Shown: piece by piece, positions 51,127-60,120 of the stretch
How the letters are laid out: each line of letters opens with the position of its first letter
Numbering within the stretch: the first letter of the stretch is position 1
Assembly (NCBI GenBank): GCA_002478265.1
Contig: DLNC01000009.1
Coordinates: 3,452 to 67,451, forward strand
Length of the DNA: 64,000 nucleotides
Reading direction: 5' to 3'
DNA from: Syntrophaceae bacterium UBA7520
Lineage (GTDB): Bacteria > Desulfobacterota > Syntrophia > Syntrophales > Smithellaceae
Position numbers and translations under genes: made by a program
Notes under the pieces: generated by a model
Told to the model about the DNA's origin: nothing
What the model saw: the letters and a program-made list of their open reading frames with translations, nothing else
Databases searched by the model: none

Positions 51127-52392
51127 TTATTCATCCAAGCGGAAAAGCTGGCGTGCCGCGGCCACAATATCCTGCGCGCTGAACTCAGCGCTTTCCTCTT
51201 TCATCACCGCCACCGGCGCGTGCAGTATTTTATTAACAATGCCCTGGACCAACGCCTCTATTTTTTCCCTATCGCCGTTTTCCATGCCCGTCATCCAGCC
51301 CTGCGCCTTTTCCAGCTCCGTGCGGACAATTTTTTCCGCCTTTGTGCGCAGAGAAACAATCGTCGGCACGGCTTCCAGTTCCTTGAGCCAGTTGCTGTAC
51401 TGCGCCACCTCTTCGTCAACGATCTTTTCCGCCTTGAGCGCTTCACGTCGGCGCATTTTCACGTTCTCGTCGACAATATCCTGCAGGTTATCAATATTAT
51501 AAAGGTAAACATTTTCGATTTCACCCGCGGCCGGGTCGATATCGCGCGGCACGGCAATGTCTATTAAAAATAGCAAAGGATTCTTTCTCTTGCGCAACGC
51601 CTGACGCAGCATATCTTCCGTAATGATGTATGAGGGAGCGCCGGTGGAACTAATCACGATATCGGCATGCGCAAGAGCGTCGTCAAGCGCCTCCAGTCCG
51701 ACCGCCCGGCCGTGAAATTTTTCCGCCAGCGCCGCGGCCTGCGCCTGCGAGCGGTTGGCCACGGTGATTTCTTCCGCGCCGTTTCCCACCAGGTGCGTGC
51801 CGGTTAATTCCGCCATTTCCCCCGCGCCGACAATCAGAATTTTTTTGCCTGTGAGCGTGCCAAATATCTTTTTGGCCAGCTCCACCGCGGCAAAACTCAC
51901 CGATACCGGATTGGCGGCAATCCCTGTTTCCGTGCGCACGCGTTTAGCCGCGCGAAAAGCGCGATGCATCAGGCGGTTGAGCGCCACGCCTGTCGCGTTT
52001 TGCGCCAGCGCCTGCCGGTAGGCGTCTTTTGCCTGGCCGAGAATCTGCGTCTCTCCCATCACCAGAGAGTCAAGGCTTGAGGTAACCCGAAACAAATGCT
52101 TGATCGCTTTATCATCGCGGTAAATGTAGAGGCAGGATGCTTCACCATCTGTCAATCCGCCTTTTTTCATCAGCGTTGTTTTCAGCTTATCAATTGTTTC
52201 CGGATTATCCTCGATAACCGCGATCACTTCCACGCGGTTGCAGGTGGCGAGAAATAATGTTTCCGCCACGCCCTCAATAGCGAGAAATTCCGGCAGCAGG
52301 GTTTTCGCATCTTCACAACCGGCAAAAAGTCTTTCCCGGACAGCCAGAGGAGCTGTTTTATGGTTTAATCCGATAAGTATAATCATTTTCAA
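51127..52392 (-). CDS. hemA: Glutamyl-tRNA reductase
   Basis: GLNHKTAP, TCNRVE, LDSLVMGETQILGQ, GAGEM, DIAVPRD. Confidence 0.97.
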   Translation of the reverse strand: MKMIILIGLNHKTAPLAVRERLFAGCEDAKTLLPEFLAIEGVAETLFLATCNRVEVIAVIEDNPETIDKLKTTLMKKGGLTDGEASCLYIYRDDKAIKHLFRVTSSLDSLVMGETQILGQAKDAYRQALAQNATGVALNRLMHRAFRAAKRVRTETGIAANPVSVSFAAVELAKKIFGTLTGKKILIVGAGEMAELTGTHLVGNGAEEITVANRSQAQAAALAEKFHGRAVGLEALDDALAHADIVISSTGAPSYIITEDMLRQALRKRKNPLLFLIDIAVPRDIDPAAGEIENVYLYNIDNLQDIVDENVKMRRREALKAEKIVDEEVAQYSNWLKELEAVPTIVSLRTKAEKIVRTELEKAQGWMTGMENGDREKIEALVQGIVNKILHAPVAVMKEESAEFSAQDIVAAARQLFRLDE

Positions 52393-53219
52393 ACAAAGTT
52401 ATGTAAAGACGAAAAACAAAGTTTCACCAAAATATACGTCAGCAACAGAAGCAAAAACACAATACACGACAAGGCGGCCATGCGGAATCCTTTCCAGCCG
52501 AGGGCGAGGCGCTGATGAAGCAGCACGCCGTAAACAAGCCACGCAATAAAAGACCAGATAACTTTCGGGTCGGATGTCCAGAGATTTTCCCAGACAAAGG
52601 CGGCGTAGAACGCGCCGGCGATAATGCCCGTGGTCAAAAGAGGGAAGCCACACAAAAGACAAAGATGATTTATTCTGTCCAAATCGCCAAGGGAAGGAAG
52701 CAGCCGGCTCATCGAGGTGAATTTCCCGCTTTTGAGCAGACTGTTTTGCATGATAAACATGGCGCCCGCGCATGACGCCAGCACAAATAAAATTTCCCCC
52801 ACAATGGATAAAGCGAGGTGCCCGGTGGCCAGCCAGCTTTGCAATCCTTCCGGCAAAATGGTTTTGCCCGCCTCCTGACCGGCGGCGATAATCACGAATA
52901 ACAACACAAGGGGCCCGATAAACGCGCCCAGCAGCCTTGTTTTTGTCTTGAATTGCAGGACAAGATAAACAGCGCCGGCCGACCAGGCGTAAAACGCGAA
53001 AAGCGCGCGCGGCCCCAGATTGGTAAAGCCGTGGGCGTTTATCGCCGCCGCGATCAGATAGGCCGTAAGCAGCAAAAACGCGCCCGCCAGAATCCATGTG
53101 GATATCTTGGCCAACATCACTCTTTTGACCAGCAGGGAAAAAAGATAACCGGCGGCGCTTAAAGCGGCAAGGAAAAATGCCAGCGCGAAAAATATCAGCT
53201 CAACATTTTCAAAATTCAA
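52389..53219 (-). CDS. ccsA: Cytochrome c assembly (CcsA/HemX-like) membrane protein
   Basis: Multi-TM, W..DPKVIWS. Probable TTG start at 53219 after GGAGG. Confidence 0.8.
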   Translation of the reverse strand: MNFENVELIFFALAFFLAALSAAGYLFSLLVKRVMLAKISTWILAGAFLLLTAYLIAAAINAHGFTNLGPRALFAFYAWSAGAVYLVLQFKTKTRLLGAFIGPLVLLFVIIAAGQEAGKTILPEGLQSWLATGHLALSIVGEILFVLASCAGAMFIMQNSLLKSGKFTSMSRLLPSLGDLDRINHLCLLCGFPLLTTGIIAGAFYAAFVWENLWTSDPKVIWSFIAWLVYGVLLHQRLALGWKGFRMAALSCIVFLLLLLTYILVKLCFSSLHNFV

Positions 53220-53847
53220 ATTCCACCTCCTCGCCGGTTGCTTCCCTGACGATCTGTTTCGCCTTTTCCCGATTTTTCCGGCGCAGTGCGTCAAGCAATC
53301 CCGCGCCCATAAGTCTTTCAAACCAGGCCTTGCCCACCTCGGCGTTTTTTTCCATTTTGGGGCGCAGTTGTCCCAAAATATTATTTAACGCCGCGTATTC
53401 TTCGCCGTAGGTTTTTTCCATCTCCTCGCGCAGATGACGCGCCAGCGCCGGCGAATTGCCCGCCGTGCCCACGGCAATAGTTAAATCTCCCCTCTCCACA
53501 AGGGAAGGCAGAATAAAATCGCACTTTTGCGGGTCATCCACAACATTTACTGGAATTCCCCGTGTGCGCGCGTCGCGTGAGACTGCGGCGTTTACCTCGT
53601 CATCATCGGTCGCGCTGATGACCAGCGCGGCGTCTTCAATATACGACGGGGAATATTTACCGGCGATATGAATGATTTCATTTTTGTCTTTCAGCGAGGC
53701 AAGCTCGCCGGTCAAAGCGGGGCTTATGACAAAAACTTTCGCGCCGCAATCAATAAGGCGCAGCGCTTTTCTCTGCGCGACTTCGCCGCCGCCGACGACC
53801 ACGCATTTTTTACCGGTGATGTTCCAGAAAACAGGGTAATATTTCAA
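53209..53847 (-). CDS. Precorrin-2 dehydrogenase/sirohydrochlorin ferrochelatase (SirC/CysG-N)
   Basis: VVGGGEVAQRK, ATDD, VNVVDDP..CDF, GNSPALA. Confidence 0.92.
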   Translation of the reverse strand: MKYYPVFWNITGKKCVVVGGGEVAQRKALRLIDCGAKVFVISPALTGELASLKDKNEIIHIAGKYSPSYIEDAALVISATDDDEVNAAVSRDARTRGIPVNVVDDPQKCDFILPSLVERGDLTIAVGTAGNSPALARHLREEMEKTYGEEYAALNNILGQLRPKMEKNAEVGKAWFERLMGAGLLDALRRKNREKAKQIVREATGEEVEFEF

Positions 53848-54069
53848 TTTCTTCCTTTCTGCCTTGCCTTTGTTTATACGCGCGGTCAGTTTTTAAAAAC
53901 TATCATGAAGAATACCAAAATTCAAGCAAGGCCGTTGCCGGGCAAAAGCATCGGCAAAATACACCTGGGCAAAATTGCCTTGTTATCTCTATTTTGCGCG
54001 GCCCGAGTCTGCTTGAATTATTAATAAAAACAGGTTATATCCTGACAAACACAACAGGAGAATCGCGCC

Positions 54070-55008
54070 GTGAAAAAGCAGCAGGAAAAATGGCTGAAGG
54101 TGGAAATAGCCGCTCCCGCCGAGTTGATGGATGCTCTGGGCAATTTTCTGACGGAGGCAGGCGCCCACGGCGTTTTTCAGGAAACACTCGAGCCGCAATC
54201 TCCCGGCGATTTTCCCGAAACCGCGCAAACGGAAACAATCCAGGCCTATTTCCCCCAGGATACGCGCGCGGAAAAAAGAATAAAATCCGTCGAAAATTAT
54301 CTGGCCAGTCTCGCGGAAATTTTTCCCGATCTGACCAAGCCGTCACTCAAAACAGAAATAGTGACTGACCCGGACTGGGGCGAACAGTGGAAAAAATATT
54401 TCAAGCCGATACGCGTGAGCGGCAATATTATCGTCAAACCCACGTGGGAGAGATATTCCCCCTCGAGCCGCGATATTGTCATTGAAATCGATCCCGGCAT
54501 GGCGTTCGGCACCGGTCAGCACGCTTCGACAAGAATGTGCCTCGAGGCCATTGAAGATATCATCATGAAAGAGCGCGCGGTTAAAAACTGGAAGGTTCTG
54601 GATGTCGGCTGCGGCACGGGAATCCTCGGCATCGCCGCCGCCAAACTGGGCGCGCAGGATGTCATCGGCGTGGATATCGACAGAAAAGCCGTGGAAATCG
54701 CCCGCGAAAACGCGGCGATTAACGACGTTGACGAGCATATAAAATTCATCAATCGCGACGTGAAAACACTTACCGAAACGCGTAATCTGATTATCGCCAA
54801 CCTCACTGCCAAACTGCTCATGGAACTGCGCGAGCATCTGAAAAATCTGCTCGTCCCCGGAGGCTATATGATCATTTCGGGCATTGTTGAGCCGGACCGG
54901 CAGCTTATCGAAGAGCGGTTTTGCGCCGCGCCTTTCACCCAGGAAAAAGTCATTACCGAAAAAGAATGGGTCTGTTACGTTTTGAAAAAAAGCGACAGAG
55001 ACATATAA
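54070..55008 (+). CDS. prmA: Ribosomal protein L11 methyltransferase
   Basis: DPGMAFGTGQH.ST, LDVGCGTGIL, IANL. Confidence 0.95.
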   Translation: MKKQQEKWLKVEIAAPAELMDALGNFLTEAGAHGVFQETLEPQSPGDFPETAQTETIQAYFPQDTRAEKRIKSVENYLASLAEIFPDLTKPSLKTEIVTDPDWGEQWKKYFKPIRVSGNIIVKPTWERYSPSSRDIVIEIDPGMAFGTGQHASTRMCLEAIEDIIMKERAVKNWKVLDVGCGTGILGIAAAKLGAQDVIGVDIDRKAVEIARENAAINDVDEHIKFINRDVKTLTETRNLIIANLTAKLLMELREHLKNLLVPGGYMIISGIVEPDRQLIEERFCAAPFTQEKVITEKEWVCYVLKKSDRDI

Positions 55009-55053
55009 TAAAATAACTTTCCGCTTCATTTCCCAAAGCGTAAGGAAATAAAT

Positions 55054-55812
55054 TTGACCATCCCCCGGATATACAGCACGGAAATACTGCAGGACAAAAA
55101 AACTCTGCTGCTGCCGCAGGATAATCTAAAATACCTGAAAAATGTCCTGCGCCTGAAGCCGGGCGGCAAAATAGCCGTTTTTGACAGCGCGGGCCATGAA
55201 TATGAGGCGTCAATTACAAAATATTTAACCGCAGGCGTGGAAGTGATAACGGAAAAGAAAATCGACCGCGCCGAAAAGGAAATCAGAATTACTCTGGCGC
55301 AGGCGCTGCCCAAAGCGGCCAAAATGGATTTAATCGTCAAAAGCGCGGCGGAACTGGGCGTGGATTTGATTATTCCTTTTGCCGCGAAAAGATCCGTGAG
55401 CCACATTGCCGCCGATAAAGCGGCGCAGAAAGTAAGGCGCTGGCAGAAAATCGCCCTCGAGGCATCACGCGCCACGCGCGCGGCAGGCGTCACCAAAGTG
55501 GATAATTTCAGAAAGTTCGACGCCGTGCTTAAAAGCGCCGTCACGCCCGGCGCCAGAATGATTTTCTGGGAAGAAGAAGAAAAAATAACCATTAAAGACG
55601 CATTGACGGATAAAAGTCTTGACGGCTGCAAAAATTATTTTATTATTGTGGGGCCCGAAGGCGGTTTTGCCAAGGACGAAATCACGCGGGCGTTGGACGC
55701 CGGTTTTCTTTCCGTCAGTCTCGGCCGGCATATTTTAAAGGTTGAAACGGCGGCCGCGGCGATTATTTCCATAATTCAATACGAAAAAGGCGTTTTCAGC
55801 CATAAATCATAA
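55054..55812 (+). CDS. rsmE: 16S rRNA m3U1498 methyltransferase
   Basis: VLRL, ELGV, VGPEGGF, SLG.HILKVETA. Confidence 0.93.
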   Translation: MTIPRIYSTEILQDKKTLLLPQDNLKYLKNVLRLKPGGKIAVFDSAGHEYEASITKYLTAGVEVITEKKIDRAEKEIRITLAQALPKAAKMDLIVKSAAELGVDLIIPFAAKRSVSHIAADKAAQKVRRWQKIALEASRATRAAGVTKVDNFRKFDAVLKSAVTPGARMIFWEEEEKITIKDALTDKSLDGCKNYFIIVGPEGGFAKDEITRALDAGFLSVSLGRHILKVETAAAAIISIIQYEKGVFSHKS

Positions 55813-55826
55813 GGGGGTAAAAAATT

Positions 55827-56366
55827 ATGTCCGTTTATAAATTTGCCGGTTTTTGGCGGCGTCTTATCGCTTATCTTATCGACAATACCATCATCTGTCT
55901 TGTTTTCTTTGTTCTGTTCATGATCGCGGTTATCGGTTATTTTCTCGGCGTGTCCAACACGGAAGAAAGCCAATGGCTTGCCGATTTGACGGATCCCACC
56001 AAAATTTCCTCGGCCATGATTTTTATCTGGGTGTTTCTGCTTGCTTTAACCATCGGCTATTTTACATATTTTCACGGAACAACCGGCCGCACGCCTGGCA
56101 AGATGATACTCGGCCTGCAGGTGGTCGGCGAAGACGGCAAGCCCCTGACCTTCGGCATCGCTTTTTTGCGCGCGGTGGGATATTTCATCTCCAGCATTGT
56201 ACTGAACCTTGGCTTTATCTGGGTGGCTTTTGATAAGCGCAAACAGGGCTGGCACGATAAAATCGCGGGCACGGTCGTGATTATCAGAGAAGAGCAGACG
56301 CCGGCGGAAGGCCTCGCAATTCCGGACCGCAGCCCACCTGCGCAAGTGTCGCAAAACAATAATTAA
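55827..56366 (+). CDS. RDD-family membrane protein
   Basis: AGFWRRLIAYLID, GRTPGK, QGWHDKIAGTVV. Confidence 0.9.
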   Translation: MSVYKFAGFWRRLIAYLIDNTIICLVFFVLFMIAVIGYFLGVSNTEESQWLADLTDPTKISSAMIFIWVFLLALTIGYFTYFHGTTGRTPGKMILGLQVVGEDGKPLTFGIAFLRAVGYFISSIVLNLGFIWVAFDKRKQGWHDKIAGTVVIIREEQTPAEGLAIPDRSPPAQVSQNNN

Positions 56367-56442
56367 TTTGCGGCAAACGCAAGGCCTGGCGGGAAAAAAT
56401 GCCTTGACAAGTAATCCTATATTTTATAGACGATTCTGCCTC

Positions 56443-56518
56443 GGGTCGGTAGCTCAGTCGGTAGAGCATCGGACTGAAAATCCGAGTGTCGGCAGTTCAA
56501 TTCTGCCCTGACCCACCA
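56443..56518 (+). tRNA. tRNA-Phe (GAA)
   Basis: 76-nt cloverleaf GGGTCGG...CTGACCC-ACCA, anticodon arm TCGGA-CTGAAAA-TCCGA, T-loop GTTCAATTC. TTGACA upstream at 56404. Confidence 0.97.
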
Positions 56519-56529
56519 TGACACTCCGG

Positions 56530-56566
56530 GCCCTCTTTATTTTTTTCAATAGAGAGGGCTTTTTTT
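56530..56566 (+). terminator. Intrinsic terminator after tRNA-Phe
   Basis: GCCCTCTTTATT-loop-AATAGAGAGGGC followed by T7. Confidence 0.8.
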
Positions 56567-56593
56567 GTCGCATTTGTTTTTATTTGTAGGCGC

Positions 56594-57913
56594 ATGACCG
56601 AAACTAAATTAAAAATCCTGTTGGTTAATCCTCCCAACTGCGGCCGCAGCATCCCGGAGGAAGAATACGGCATAACTTCGCTCAAACAGCTTTTCAAGGG
56701 AGAGCCTTTCAGCCTGGAAGTTCTGGCCGGGCCTCTGCGTGATCAAGATGTCCTGATTTTTGACATGAAATGCGAAAGCGAGGAAGCTTTCTGGGCGGAA
56801 TTTCACCACTTTAAGCCCGATATCGTCGGCTTTACCGCTGTTACCTGCGAGGCAAATACGGTTATCCGCCTGGCCGCAAACGTCAAAGAAAAAAGCAATG
56901 CTGTGGTGGTCATTGGCGGCAATCACGCCACCTACAATCCGGAATATTTCAACCGCCCATCTTTCGACTACATTGTCATCGGTTTGGGTAAAAAAAGTTT
57001 TCGCGAACTCGTTGTAAAACTCGCCGCGGGTAAAAAATCAAACGGCATCGCCGGCATTGCCAAAACCACGCCCGGTAGACCGCATACCTATCTGGTACGC
57101 GACTATGATGAAACTGATTTGATGCCCGAAATACCGCCGCGCTACGATCTGGTAGCCAAATATCGCGACCAGTACTTTCTGGAACAGCTAGGTCTCTCGA
57201 TGGGTTTTGTGCTGAGCGCCTACGGCTGCACGCACAAATGCTCCTTCTGCGCGATTCCCAACATGGCCGGCGGCAAATATCTGAATTATGACGCCGACGC
57301 TGTCGTGCGCGATATCGGCCTTTTGGGCGACACTTCCTTCATCCGCCTGGTGGACGCCAACACTTTCGGCAACGCGCGCCATTCGCAGGAGCTTTGCGAC
57401 AAAATCAGAAGCGCCGGCATCGCCAAAAAATATTTTGCCGACGTGCGCGCCGATACCATCGTCAAATATCCCGAACTGATGAAAAACTGGAAAGAAGCAG
57501 GCCTTTATGCGGTGATTGTGGGCTTTGAAGACGTGTCCGACGAGCGGCTTTCGTCCTACAACAAAAAATACCAGGGACAGGTCATCAGCCAGGCCATTGA
57601 GATACTGCATAAGCTGGGAATTGTCATTATTGGCGATTTTATCGCCTCGCCGCGTGATGACGAGGAAGACTTCAGAAAACTGGAGGATTTTATTCTGGCG
57701 CACAAGATTGAAGTGCCGGTAATTTCCGTTTTAACGCCGCTGCCGGGAACGCCTCTTTACAAAACGATGAAAAAAGATATAATCATTGATGATCTTGATT
57801 ATTACACCTTTACCAACGCGGTGACGGCCACCAAAATGCCGGAGAAGATGTTTTATCAGACCTACGCCGGGCTGATGAAGCGCCTGCATGAAAAGCCGCA
57901 CCGGCCGCAGTAA
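56594..57913 (+). CDS. Cobalamin-binding (class B) radical SAM protein
   Basis: N-terminal B12-binding domain (LLVNPP, PDIVGFT, GGNHAT); GCTHKCSFC; LTPLPGTPLY. Confidence 0.9.
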   Translation: MTETKLKILLVNPPNCGRSIPEEEYGITSLKQLFKGEPFSLEVLAGPLRDQDVLIFDMKCESEEAFWAEFHHFKPDIVGFTAVTCEANTVIRLAANVKEKSNAVVVIGGNHATYNPEYFNRPSFDYIVIGLGKKSFRELVVKLAAGKKSNGIAGIAKTTPGRPHTYLVRDYDETDLMPEIPPRYDLVAKYRDQYFLEQLGLSMGFVLSAYGCTHKCSFCAIPNMAGGKYLNYDADAVVRDIGLLGDTSFIRLVDANTFGNARHSQELCDKIRSAGIAKKYFADVRADTIVKYPELMKNWKEAGLYAVIVGFEDVSDERLSSYNKKYQGQVISQAIEILHKLGIVIIGDFIASPRDDEEDFRKLEDFILAHKIEVPVISVLTPLPGTPLYKTMKKDIIIDDLDYYTFTNAVTATKMPEKMFYQTYAGLMKRLHEKPHRPQ

Positions 57914-57931
57914 CGAAGGAGAAAAATTTTA

Positions 57932-59074
57932 GTGGAAGTTTACATAAACGACATTGCCGCTTTTTTACCAAACGAACCGGTAGATAATACGGAAATTGAA
58001 GATGTGCTGGGAAAAGTTAAGAATAACCGCTCGCGCATCAAAAGCATGGTGCTCAAAAACAACGGCATCCTAAAGCGCTACTACGCCATTGACCGCAAGA
58101 CAGGCAAGCTCAACTACACCAACGCGGGGCTTGCCGCCGAAGCCGTGAAGAGATTGAAGCCATACGAAGGTTTTAAGATAAATGACATACAGTGTCTCTG
58201 CTCCGGCACGACGATTGCCGACGTTATCGCGCCCGGGCACGGCCTGATGGTCGCGGGCGAACTGGGGATCGGCCCCTGCGAGGTTATCTCCACCTCGGGC
58301 ATCTGCTTATCCGGCGTTACCTCTTTTAAAGCGGCCTGGGCGAATGTTGCGCTGGGGCTGACCGAAAACGCCGTGGCCACGGCCTCTGAACTTGCCTCCT
58401 CCTTGATACGCTCCGATTTTTTTGAACATCTGCCGGGCGATCCGGATTTCAAAAATCATCCGGTGGTGGCTTTTGAATCCGATTTTCTGCGCTGGATGTT
58501 ATCGGACGCGGGCGGCGCGATTTTCTTCTCCGGCAAGAAAAATTCAGGCCGCATTTCGCTGCGCGTGGAGTGGGTTGAACATGTCTCGTATGCTGGGCAG
58601 ATGGATGTCTGCATGTACGCCGGGGGCATGAAAACGCCGGAGGGCAAGGTTATCGGCTGGCGCGAACTGGACTCACTGCAGGAAGCGATAGATAAAAATT
58701 TCATGGCGCTCAAACAGGATACCGAAATATTGGGCGATCACGTTGTGCGCCTCACCGTCAATGAGGCGCTCACCCGCACCGCGCAAAGAAGAAAAATCAG
58801 GCCGGAGGAAATTGATTGGTATCTGCCGCATTACTCCTCGGAATTTTTCCGCGATAAAATTCACAACGCCATGGCTGAAGTCGGTTTTAAAATTCCTTAC
58901 GAGCGCTGGTTTACCAACCTCACCTACAAAGGCAACACCGGCGCCGCCTCAATTTACGTGATGCTGGAGGAAATCTTCCACTCGGATAAATTAAAGGAAG
59001 GGCAGAAGATCCTCTGCTATATTCCCGAAAGCGGCCGCTTCTCCGTCGCCTATATATTGCTTACAGTGGTTTAA
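57932..59074 (+). CDS. DarB/StlD-like beta-ketoacyl synthase III
   Basis: VYINDIAAFLPNEPV, NNGI..RYYA, catalytic GICLSG, FLRWMLSD, LPHYSS, GNTGAAS, PESGRFS. Confidence 0.85.
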   Translation: MEVYINDIAAFLPNEPVDNTEIEDVLGKVKNNRSRIKSMVLKNNGILKRYYAIDRKTGKLNYTNAGLAAEAVKRLKPYEGFKINDIQCLCSGTTIADVIAPGHGLMVAGELGIGPCEVISTSGICLSGVTSFKAAWANVALGLTENAVATASELASSLIRSDFFEHLPGDPDFKNHPVVAFESDFLRWMLSDAGGAIFFSGKKNSGRISLRVEWVEHVSYAGQMDVCMYAGGMKTPEGKVIGWRELDSLQEAIDKNFMALKQDTEILGDHVVRLTVNEALTRTAQRRKIRPEEIDWYLPHYSSEFFRDKIHNAMAEVGFKIPYERWFTNLTYKGNTGAASIYVMLEEIFHSDKLKEGQKILCYIPESGRFSVAYILLTVV

Positions 59075-59162
59075 TTACAGGCTGCCGCTTACGCGCAGAA
59101 GATAGTTGACCACATTGTTTTAGGTATGATATTTATACCTATACAAAAAAGAGGTAAATGAT

Positions 59163-59378
59163 ATGCACAATGAATTTACGGCCATAATTGAGCGTGACGG
59201 CGATTGGTTCATCGCCTACAGCCCTGAAATACCGGGCGCAAACGGCCAGGGAAAAACAAAAGAGGAGTGCCTGAAAAATCTTTCCGAAGCCATCGAGCTA
59301 ATTCTTGAAGACCGCAGGCAGGACGCGTTGCGCGGCATTCCACGGGACGCCGCGCGCGAAGTGGTTTCTGTCGGATGA
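59163..59378 (+). CDS. hicB: HicB-family antitoxin (short form)
   Basis: FTAIIERDGDWFIAYSPEIPGANGQGKTKEE. Confidence 0.88.
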   Translation: MHNEFTAIIERDGDWFIAYSPEIPGANGQGKTKEECLKNLSEAIELILEDRRQDALRGIPRDAAREVVSVG

Positions 59379-59563
59379 AGCTGCACGCCCTGCTGAAACA
59401 TCTCAGGCGTCACGGCTGTTTTCTCAAACGCGAAGGCGGCTCTCATTCTCTATGGACGAATCCCAATACCGGCAGAATTGAAGCCGTGCCACGGCACAAA
59501 GAAATATCCGACAAGCTGGCAATAAAAATATGCCGCTCTCTTTCCATCCCCGACCCAAAATAA
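59375..59563 (+). CDS. hicA: HicA-family mRNA interferase toxin
   Basis: REGGSHSLW..P, VPRHKEI. ATGA overlap with hicB. Confidence 0.88.
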   Translation: MKLHALLKHLRRHGCFLKREGGSHSLWTNPNTGRIEAVPRHKEISDKLAIKICRSLSIPDPK

Positions 59564-60120
59564 TAAACAGTAAAAAATAAATCTTTTTTTTAAGGATTCC
59601 AGCCGGTGTATCATAACAATACCGTTTCATTGCACCCGGCAGGAGCTCCGGTAGCCCTGCCCGGCGCATGCATGGGAATGCTGGATACGCCGGGAAAAAA
59701 CTCTGCCTGTAGCGGGTGAAGCAATCTCATAAAAACGAGGGAAAAGCGTTGGATGGCCGCGCATATTGCAGGGATAAAGTCATAAAACTCAACAGGCAGA
59801 CCCTTTGTGCCAAATTGACTATTTTTCAGCGCACTGAAAAATATTCGCGTCTATTTTTCAATATAATTAATGATCCTCACCTAGGAACACATCCGCTTGA
59901 AAGAATCTACGCCGCAGCAATCTCTTAATAAAATCGTGAAAAATTTCTTATTGACATTTAAATCCAGAATGCTATTTTTCAGTCAGCGCCGATTATAATT
60001 TTCCCCAAACTCCACCGGAATGTTTCTTCTACTCCAACGAAAAAGCTACACGGCGCGTATAAATATACTTTTTTAGTTATTTAGATCTTTAACATTCTAA
60101 TAAACTTTAGGAGGTATTTT

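Noticed and set aside
46439-51567. Long plus-strand ORFs (331 aa at 46439, 351 aa at 50512) and similar antisense ORFs throughout the window
   Set aside because: These are shadows opposite well-recognised genes (hemB, hemC, hemA and others) and carry no motifs of their own.
59600-59730. Cobalamin riboswitch in the GC-rich hairpins after hicA
   Set aside because: Only a GGGAA fragment matches and there is no B12 box. The ends match the dispersed GAAGCAATCTC repeat family instead.
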